64,000 nt of DNA. Source: Winogradskyella sp. (GTDB taxonomy: Bacteria > Bacteroidota > Bacteroidia > Flavobacteriales > Flavobacteriaceae). Below are positions 57,260 to 64,000 of the stretch, piece after piece. Position 1 is the first letter of the stretch, and every line of letters starts with the position of its first letter. The translations under genes and the position numbers were made by a program. The notes below the pieces were generated by a model, which worked only from the letters and a program-made list of their open reading frames with translations, was not told the origin of the DNA and made no database searches. The stretch spans positions 126-64,125 of the forward strand of contig NZ_JADGDZ010000010.1 of assembly GCF_016744625.1 (NCBI RefSeq). Direction: 5' to 3'.

Positions 57260-57553
57260 ATGGATAGCTCTAAGAAAACAGACGAGTTTTACGATAAACT
57301 AAAGTCACAATTATACGATACAGCCCTTTGGCCAACGGAATATTTATATAAGTTCATTGTCGTTTCTAATAGTACAGGAATTGCTTCTATTGAAAACCTC
57401 TTTAATGGTTTAGGTGCGGTTATTAATACTAAAGTATCAAAGAATGGTAAGTACACAAGTGTTTCTATAAATGTAAGGATGAAAAACCCTGAAGCGGTTA
57501 TAGCTAAATATAAGGAAGTTGCTAAAAATGTTGAAGGAGTAATTTCCCTTTAA
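57260..57553 (+). CDS. DUF493 (YbeD-like) family protein
   Basis: Contains WPTEYLYKFIV. About 97 aa from MDSSKKTDEF. Confidence 0.7.
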   Translation: MDSSKKTDEFYDKLKSQLYDTALWPTEYLYKFIVVSNSTGIASIENLFNGLGAVINTKVSKNGKYTSVSINVRMKNPEAVIAKYKEVAKNVEGVISL

Positions 57554-57650
57554 AATTTATTATATCCTTCTTATTTTTTTGTACTTTGCAACAAAACCTA
57601 AAGACTGCGGGTTTTAAAATTATTTACTACACAATTTACATTTTACAATT

Positions 57651-58307
57651 TTGATTGACGATTTAGAATACAATACAGAGCGCGAGCATTTAATTATACC
57701 AGAATATGGACGTCATCTACAGAAGATGATTAATTATGCCAAATCTCGCGAAACCAAAGAAGAGCGTAATAAGTTAGCTAATGCTATTATTTCGGTAATG
57801 GGAAATCTCCAGCCACATTTAAGAGATGTGCCAGATTTTAAGCATAAATTATGGGATCAGTTATTTATTATGGCTGATTTTGATTTTGACGTAGAATCAC
57901 CTTATGGTGAGCCTTCTAAAGAAGAAATCCAAGCACGACCAGAGCCTTTAAAATACCCTCAAAATCATCCTAAATATCGTTTTTATGGTAACAACATTAA
58001 GACAATGATTGATGTGGCTGTAAGTTGGGAAGAAGGAGAGCTTAAAGAAGCTTTAAAGTTTACAATAGCTAACCATATGAAGAAGTGTTTCCTTAATTGG
58101 AATAAAGACACTGTCGAAGATGGTGTTATTTTTAATCATTTATTCGAACTTTCTCATGGAGAATTAGACCTTAAGAATAGTGATGAAAAATTAAGTGATT
58201 CTTCTAGTTTGATGCGTACTAAATCTAAGTATGGAGGAAAAGGAGGTTCTAGCAAAAAGAATACTTCAAACAAGAAAAAATATTCCAATAACAGAAAACG
58301 TTACTAA
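57651..58307 (+). CDS. DUF4290-family protein
   Basis: LEYNTEREHLIIPEYGRHLQKMI is the family N-terminus. Lys-rich tail. TTG start as called. Confidence 0.75.
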   Translation: MIDDLEYNTEREHLIIPEYGRHLQKMINYAKSRETKEERNKLANAIISVMGNLQPHLRDVPDFKHKLWDQLFIMADFDFDVESPYGEPSKEEIQARPEPLKYPQNHPKYRFYGNNIKTMIDVAVSWEEGELKEALKFTIANHMKKCFLNWNKDTVEDGVIFNHLFELSHGELDLKNSDEKLSDSSSLMRTKSKYGGKGGSSKKNTSNKKKYSNNRKRY

Positions 58308-58313
58308 TAACGT

Positions 58314-59630
58314 ATGGGAACATTTAAAATAGAAGGAGGTCACCAATTAAAAGGGGAAATTCAGCCTCAAGGTGCAAAAAACGAAGCCTTACAAATCTTA
58401 TGTGCAGTACTATTATCTGCCGAAGAGATCAAGATAGACAACATTCCAGATATTATTGATGTCAATAAACTCATTGCTTTATTAAAAAAGTTAGGAGTAA
58501 AAATCAATAAACTTGGTAAAGGATCTTACACGTTTAAAGCAGATGAAGTTAATTTAAAATATCTAGAATCTGCCGAATTTAAGGAAGATGGAAAAGGACT
58601 TAGAGGTTCAATAATGATAGTTGGACCTTTATTAGGGAGATTTGGAAAAGGTTATATACCAAAACCAGGAGGAGATAAAATTGGTCGCCGCCGTTTAGAC
58701 ACGCACTTCGAAGGTTTTATAAAACTTGGTGCTAATTTTCGATATAATAGAGAGGATTTATTTTATGGAGTAGAGGCAAAGAAGCTAAAAGGCGCATATA
58801 TGCTTTTAGATGAAGCTTCTGTTACTGGTACTGCTAATATTGTTATGGCTGCTGTTTTAGCAGAGGGTACAACAACTATTTATAATGCGGCCTGTGAGCC
58901 TTATTTACAGCAGCTTTGTAAAATGCTGAATCGCATGGGCGCAAAAATATCTGGTGTTGGTTCTAATATGTTAACGATTGAAGGTGTTGATGAGCTTGGA
59001 GGTACAGAACATAGAATGCTTCCAGATATGATAGAAATTGGAAGTTGGATTGGTCTTGCTGCAATGACAAAAAGTGAATTAACAATTACTAATGTAAGTT
59101 GGGATGACCTAGGTCTTATACCAAGTGTATTTAGGAAAATTGGTATTAATATAGAACGCCAAGGTGATAATATTCATATACCTGCGCATATAAATGGGTA
59201 CGAGGTACAAAACTATATAGATGGCTCTATATTAACAATATCAGATGCTCCTTGGCCAGGTTTTACACCAGACTTATTGAGTATTATACTAACGGTTTTA
59301 ACACAGGCAAGAGGAAGTGCGATTGTTCACCAAAAGATGTTTGAAAGTCGCTTATTCTTTGTAGATAAATTAATAGATATGGGAGCAAAGATTATTCTTT
59401 GTGATCCACATAGAGCTACAGTTATTGGTCACGATTTTAAATCAACACTAAAAGCAACAACAATGACTTCGCCAGATATTAGAGCTGGTGTATCTTTATT
59501 AATAGCGGCTTTATCTGCCAAGGGAACATCAGTTATCCATAATATTGAGCAAATTGATCGTGGTTATGAAAATATTGACGAACGTTTAAGAGCAATTGGA
59601 GCTAAGATTGAACGCTTAGAAGGAAATTAG
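58314..59630 (+). CDS. murA: UDP-N-acetylglucosamine 1-carboxyvinyltransferase
   Basis: 438 aa. Motifs: FKIEGGHQLKGEI.PQGAKNEALQ, PGGDKIGRRRLDTH, and the C-terminal IDRGYENIDERL. Confidence 0.93.
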   Translation: MGTFKIEGGHQLKGEIQPQGAKNEALQILCAVLLSAEEIKIDNIPDIIDVNKLIALLKKLGVKINKLGKGSYTFKADEVNLKYLESAEFKEDGKGLRGSIMIVGPLLGRFGKGYIPKPGGDKIGRRRLDTHFEGFIKLGANFRYNREDLFYGVEAKKLKGAYMLLDEASVTGTANIVMAAVLAEGTTTIYNAACEPYLQQLCKMLNRMGAKISGVGSNMLTIEGVDELGGTEHRMLPDMIEIGSWIGLAAMTKSELTITNVSWDDLGLIPSVFRKIGINIERQGDNIHIPAHINGYEVQNYIDGSILTISDAPWPGFTPDLLSIILTVLTQARGSAIVHQKMFESRLFFVDKLIDMGAKIILCDPHRATVIGHDFKSTLKATTMTSPDIRAGVSLLIAALSAKGTSVIHNIEQIDRGYENIDERLRAIGAKIERLEGN

Positions 59631-59652
59631 AATTCATTGAATTTTATATATT

Positions 59653-59686
59653 AAAAAAGCTTCAAGTTTAACTTGAAGCTTTTTTA
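59653..59686. terminator. Bidirectional terminator between murA and the convergent SnoaL-like gene
   Basis: AAAAAAGCTTCAAGTT-ta-AACTTGAAGCTTTTTT. Confidence 0.85.
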
Positions 59687-59705
59687 GTTTTATTAGAGTT
59701 GAATA

Positions 59706-60068
59706 TTATTCCATAGTGTATAAAAACTGTTCACTTATAATTTTGCCATCTTTGACTTCAAATACAGCAAGTTCTTCCATTTGTTGTCTTCCTCTGTCTT
59801 TAAAAGTCACATCGAAGGTCATTTTACTTGTAAAATGATTACCAGCAACAACAGGTTCGCTAATATCGCCAGCATGAAATTCTACAACATTACCTAACCA
59901 TTCTTTGTTTTTGTTCCATACTTCTTTCTTGCCAGATATACTTTCACCAGGCATTCCTGGCATTTCTTTACTAGTAACATTCTCTGCGTATAAGTCGTTA
60001 ATGCACTCTAGATTTTGACCTTCTGCGCACATTTGATGCCATTTTTTTGCTACGTCCCACGTGTTCAT
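59706..60068 (-). CDS. SnoaL/NTF2-like fold protein
   Basis: 120 aa. The pattern W......G.....I..LYAENV.S.E..G matches SnoaL-like polyketide-cyclase-fold proteins. Confidence 0.65.
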   Translation of the reverse strand: MNTWDVAKKWHQMCAEGQNLECINDLYAENVTSKEMPGMPGESISGKKEVWNKNKEWLGNVVEFHAGDISEPVVAGNHFTSKMTFDVTFKDRGRQQMEELAVFEVKDGKIISEQFLYTME

Positions 60069-60452
60069 ATTAAATTGATTTTAAATATTAGTTGCTTAAA
60101 ATTAATTAAAATATAGCAATCTTATCTTAAAATAATGTTAGAGTTGAATGGATAAAAGCAAAAAGCCCTGAGACTAATCAGAGCTTTTTAAAATTGTTTA
60201 TTGAAATGGTTATTTCGGTTAAGACGTTATACGTCTTAAGTTTAACAACGCTATTAATTTCGTTTTATTGTATAATAATAGTTAAAAAATTACGAAATAA
60301 TCTTTTTTTGAGGTTAAATTAATGTGAATTTAAATGTTTTTGATAAAGGTTGTTTACCGCATGTATTATGAGTCTTAGTTGCTTGAATTTTATTTTTTAT
60401 AAAGAAATTATTATATGCTTTAAAAACTTTGGGTAACGGAATAAAGTGTAAG

Positions 60453-60917
60453 TTAATTATTAAAGACAATGTAGCCATTTAATGATGTCGCAATGCAAAG
60501 CCAAATGATATATGGAAGTAAGAGATACTTCATTTTGCTGAGTTTTTCATCTCCAAAACTTATAAAGAAATATAGAATAACTAGAGTTAGACCTATTATT
60601 GTTAGTAGCGCAATGTTTGTTAAGTGTTGATTGAAGAAAATATAATTCCAGCTTACATTAAGTATTAAAGCAACACTATAAACGGCAATTACAAATTTTG
60701 ATTTTCTAAGAGAGAAAAGGTAAGTGAGGTAAATAGAAAAGCAAATCATTATAACAGTCCATGAAGCTCCAAAAACCCAACCTGGAGGTGTCCAAGGTGC
60801 TTTATTAATACTAGTGTACCAAACAGAAGTTGATCCATCATTCATTAAATAGCTACCTAAGACTAAACCACCGAAATTGATGATAAGAAATAAAATAAAC
60901 CAATATACTTTTTTCAT
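60453..60917 (-). CDS. tspO: TspO/MBR-family tryptophan-rich sensory protein
   Basis: Five TM segments. Contains KAPWTPPGWVFGASWTVIM. Confidence 0.85.
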   Translation of the reverse strand: MKKVYWFILFLIINFGGLVLGSYLMNDGSTSVWYTSINKAPWTPPGWVFGASWTVIMICFSIYLTYLFSLRKSKFVIAVYSVALILNVSWNYIFFNQHLTNIALLTIIGLTLVILYFFISFGDEKLSKMKYLLLPYIIWLCIATSLNGYIVFNN

Positions 60918-60950
60918 AAAATAAAATTTATATTGGTTTATATATAAAGG

Positions 60951-61181
60951 TTATGAAGTGGCTGTTAAGGGACGTCCTTTTAAGCGCTTCTCAATTTTTT
61001 GTTTGATAACTGTAAGACGCTTCATTAAATCCATAAGATTGGCATCTTTTTCTTTTTTGTATAGTTCGTTGACTTCTAAGATTATATCCTTTGCTTCTCT
61101 AGCGGCTATAATTCTGTCACTTGTTGTTTTAAACGAAAACTTTCTGTTTTCGAATTCTGAAGCTTTTTCTAATATATCCAT
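60951..61181 (-). CDS. Small helical hypothetical protein downstream of folE
   Basis: 76 aa, 3 nt after the folE stop on the same strand, charged and helical. The mirror ORF on the plus strand is rejected. Confidence 0.5.
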   Translation of the reverse strand: MDILEKASEFENRKFSFKTTSDRIIAAREAKDIILEVNELYKKEKDANLMDLMKRLTVIKQKIEKRLKGRPLTATS

Positions 61182-61184
61182 AGC

Positions 61185-61877
61185 TTAATTGTTTAAATAG
61201 TTTTGTAATTCTGCGATTTTTGAAGCGGTATTAAATTCGCCTCCATAATATGTTGTTACTGTTGATGATGTATCATCTTGTACGCCTCTAGAAGAAACGC
61301 ATAAGTGTTTTGCATCAATAATTACAGCAACGTCTTCTGTTTCTAATACAGTTTTTAATTCGTTTGCAATTTGGTTTGTTAAACGCTCTTGTACTTGCGG
61401 ACGTTTAGCATAATATTGTACTATTCGGTTTAATTTAGAAAGTCCAATAACCTTACCCGATGATTTGTAGGCAATATGTGCTTTTCCTATAATTGGGACA
61501 AAGTGATGCTCACAATTAGAATACAATGTAATATTTTTTTCCACTAACATCTGATTGTATTGATATTTATTATCAAATAATGCCATTTTTGGTTTGTTTT
61601 CTGGGTCTAAACCAGAGAATATTTCTTCAATATACATCTTGGCAACTCTGTCTGGTGTACCTTGTAATGAGTCATCATTTAAATCTAAGCCGAGAACATC
61701 CATTATTTCTGAAAATAAAATAGATATACGATCTTTCTTTTCTTGGTTAGACATCTCAAAAGCGTTTGCTTTCATTGGTGTGTCTAAAGATGTAAATAAA
61801 TGATCGTCACCAATGTCTTCTGAAGTAAACCCATTGAGTTTGTGACTATTGGTTTTGGAAATTGTTTCTGTATTCAT
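61185..61877 (-). CDS. folE: GTP cyclohydrolase I (FolE type 1)
   Basis: Motifs: TPDRVAKMY, SNCEHHFVPI, RPQVQERLT. Confidence 0.93.
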   Translation of the reverse strand: MNTETISKTNSHKLNGFTSEDIGDDHLFTSLDTPMKANAFEMSNQEKKDRISILFSEIMDVLGLDLNDDSLQGTPDRVAKMYIEEIFSGLDPENKPKMALFDNKYQYNQMLVEKNITLYSNCEHHFVPIIGKAHIAYKSSGKVIGLSKLNRIVQYYAKRPQVQERLTNQIANELKTVLETEDVAVIIDAKHLCVSSRGVQDDTSSTVTTYYGGEFNTASKIAELQNYLNN

Positions 61878-62222
61878 AGAATCTTTTTAATGTGCTGTCT
61901 TTAAGTACTCCAAACTTAAATCAAAGCACGTGTTAACGTTTTGAAATAGAGTTGTTATTTTAATCTCAAATAAACGAATTATTTATGCTTATCAAAGATT
62001 TTGCTATTGTTTATCTATATATATAAATGTTCAATATCTATACCAAACTAAATGGACTGCCAAATATGGCAATTTCAATTCGAAATTACTAAATGTTTAA
62101 TAAACCTTCAGTAAGGTTAAACAAATATTAACATTTAATGAATAGTCGATTAGTCTTGTGGTCAACATTTTGTCGATAAATAGTCCATTTACTTTCAAAA
62201 TAAAAGATATAATAGTTGATTT

Positions 62223-62891
62223 CTAACAATTTTCATCACAGCATTGGTCATCTTTAACCAATTTGCAGCTAATAACAGCTAGAAAGGCACCAATAAATGG
62301 GGCAATTAAATACAGCCAAAGGTGCTGAAGATTACCAGAGATTAGCGCTGGAGCTAAAGACCTAGCAGGATTCATCGAGGCTTTAGTTATAGGTCCTGCA
62401 AACATGGCTTCCAAAAGAATTACTGCTCCAATTGCAATACCAGCCATAGTACCAATTTCTTTACTACCTGTAGACACATTTATAATTACTAGCATTAAAA
62501 AGAATGTGAGTAATAATTCAAAAATAAAAGCTTTGTAAGGTTCGAAACCTTCTGCAGGATAAGTGTGTCCAAAACTTTGACTTTCGGGAAAAAGAACCCA
62601 AAGTACTGCTATGGCTAAGAATGCTCCAGTCGTTTGGAATAAGATGTATTTTGGAACGTCTTTCCAACTAAACCTTTTGGCAAATGCAAAACCTACTGTT
62701 ACTGCAGGATTGAAATGGGCTCCTGAAATTTCACCAAAGGCATAAATCATAGCCATTACCACAAGTCCCCAAGTTATGGCTATACCAACATGTGTAATGC
62801 TTCCTCCAGTAATTTCATTGACTGTCATGGCTCCACAACCGCAAAAAACCATAGTAAAAGTGCCTATTAATTCGGCAATTGCCTTTTTCAT
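62223..62891 (-). CDS. MIP-family channel (aquaporin/aquaglyceroporin) in an arsenic-resistance context
   Basis: Two NPA boxes (HFNPAVT, MNPARS), six TM segments, and a Cys-rich tail CCDENC. The start overlaps the arsC stop (ATGA). Confidence 0.88.
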   Translation of the reverse strand: MKKAIAELIGTFTMVFCGCGAMTVNEITGGSITHVGIAITWGLVVMAMIYAFGEISGAHFNPAVTVGFAFAKRFSWKDVPKYILFQTTGAFLAIAVLWVLFPESQSFGHTYPAEGFEPYKAFIFELLLTFFLMLVIINVSTGSKEIGTMAGIAIGAVILLEAMFAGPITKASMNPARSLAPALISGNLQHLWLYLIAPFIGAFLAVISCKLVKDDQCCDENC

Positions 62892-63505
62892 GAATTATTT
62901 ATTTTTGAGAATACATATTTCAATTCTGTAGCAATTTGTAGACTTCGTTCATTGTATTTCTCTAATTGTTGTGGTGTGTTATCAAAGGCTTTTGGATCTT
63001 CGAAGGTTATTGGAATACGTTTTTCTGCACCAGCAATAAAAGGACAATCTTTGTCTGCGCTAGAGCATGTGAGAATAGCAGCAAATTCTGATGTAGGATT
63101 AAACTCAGCATCAAAAGTTTTTGAGAACCCAATAATAGGATGCTCGTTGTCATTATATTTTATTGTGTAAACAGGATTTGTTTCCGTTGAAAGTTTTTCA
63201 ATTTTAAAACCTGTATCCTCTAATGTTTTTGCTGCTACAGGAAATAGAGCAGTAGCTTCAGTACCTCCAGAATAACAAAATACGTTTTTAATATTAAAGT
63301 AATTAGCTATTGTTTGCGCCCAAACTTGAGATAGATGACTTCTACGTGAATTATGAGTACAAATAAAATTAAGGTTTATTATAGCTTTTACTTCTGTTTT
63401 TAATTGAATAAAATCAATTAACGGTTGAAGTATAGTTTTACGCTCAGATGAAATAGAATCTACTTCTAAGTCTTCGATTTGAGATACTATTTGTGGATAT
63501 AACAT
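62888..63505 (-). CDS. arsC: LMW-PTP-fold arsenate reductase (thioredoxin-coupled ArsC type) with an N-terminal extension
   Basis: P-loop CTHNSRRS (CX5R) and a downstream Cys pair, CSSADKDC. Confidence 0.8.
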   Translation of the reverse strand: MLYPQIVSQIEDLEVDSISSERKTILQPLIDFIQLKTEVKAIINLNFICTHNSRRSHLSQVWAQTIANYFNIKNVFCYSGGTEATALFPVAAKTLEDTGFKIEKLSTETNPVYTIKYNDNEHPIIGFSKTFDAEFNPTSEFAAILTCSSADKDCPFIAGAEKRIPITFEDPKAFDNTPQQLEKYNERSLQIATELKYVFSKINNS

Positions 63506-63532
63506 AGGTATGCTTTTTTGATAATTTAATAA

Positions 63533-64000
63533 TTAGCAACAACTCGATTTTGGTGAACAGCAAGAATCACTATTTTCGTTTAGTTCTGCAAAATTTAATT
63601 TTGGTTTAGTGATTTTAGTTCCTGGTTTTTCTGCATAAACTGTAATACTAAAAATACCTATGTCATCAGATTTAAATTCATTTATCATCTCAGAGCTTAG
63701 ATATTTACTAAGAATATTATCTGGTAAAGTAATAGTCTTCTCTTTCTGAATATTTACGTTTGAAAAACCTGCGTCTGAAATATGTTGAAGATAATCCGTT
63801 TTTTGGATGGCTCCTGCAACGCATCCTGCATACATTTCTGCATCCTTTTTCAATGCATCTGGTAAATTACCTACTAGAACAATGTCTGAAATACTAAAGT
63901 GACCTCCAGGCTTCAAAACTCTATAAATCTCATTAATAACTTTTTGTTTATTAGGCACGAGGTTTAAAACACAATTGCTTACAATGACATCTGCAACATT
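63533..64000 (-). CDS. arsM: Arsenite S-adenosylmethionine methyltransferase; the N-terminal part runs off the window end
   Basis: The frame stays open to 64000. My translation upstream of the called GTG reads NVADVIVSNCVLNLVPNKQKV, the ArsM/class I MTase motif. VLKPGG follows, and the tail is Cys-rich (CCSPKSSCC). Confidence 0.8.
   Translation of the reverse strand, partial: NVADVIVSNCVLNLVPNKQKVINEIYRVLKPGGHFSISDIVLVGNLPDALKKDAEMYAGCVAGAIQKTDYLQHISDAGFSNVNIQKEKTITLPDNILSKYLSSEMINEFKSDDIGIFSITVYAEKPGTKITKPKLNFAELNENSDSCCSPKSSCC

Noticed and set aside
60958-61188. Plus-strand 76-aa ORF that mirrors 60951..61181
   Set aside because: Only one of the two can be real. The minus-strand version is co-directional with folE, starts 3 nt after the folE stop, and encodes a plausible charged helical protein. 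The plus-strand version is hydrophobic and low-complexity.

Overview
This is low-GC chromosomal DNA from a Flavobacteriia-type Bacteroidota genome. The evidence is T9SS sorting domains, a PorP/SprF gene, SprB repeats, TAnnTTTG -7 promoter boxes and an absence of Shine-Dalgarno sequences. Most of the window is housekeeping: lptB-tatC-kpsF, two recQ paralogues, priA, rpsF-rpsR-rplI, hisS, nadC, rlmH, hpf, murA, fmt, hup and folE. A roughly 26 kb block (25.0-50.8 kb) is dominated by very large secreted or cell-surface proteins. These are a 2470-aa T9SS type-A adhesin-like protein, an M14 peptidase with FN3, GEVED and T9SS domains, a TolB-propeller/amidohydrolase, a 2023-aa SprB-like type-B cargo with its own PorP/SprF partner, and a 925-aa protein carrying a duplicated module I cannot place. 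One tRNA (anticodon CAT) and a partial arsenic cluster (arsM-arsC-MIP channel) are also present. I found no CRISPR array, integrase, transposase, reverse transcriptase or recognisable defence genes, so I cannot point to a convincing novel multi-gene system. The observations most worth following up are listed here.
- An A17 homopolymer welds a nucleotidyltransferase ORF in frame to a Tat-signal GH109-like enzyme, inside a kinase/NTase/glycosidase cluster that looks like a sugar-salvage route.
- hisS carries an in-frame, AT-rich insertion that adds about 95 residues.
- The 925-aa T9SS protein contains an uncharacterised 180-aa module in two copies.
- A family of short palindromic elements is present, some sitting directly against start codons.
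- A T7-tract frameshift sits at the 5' end of an OMP-like gene.

All calls come from reading the sequence and translations by eye. No searches were run.
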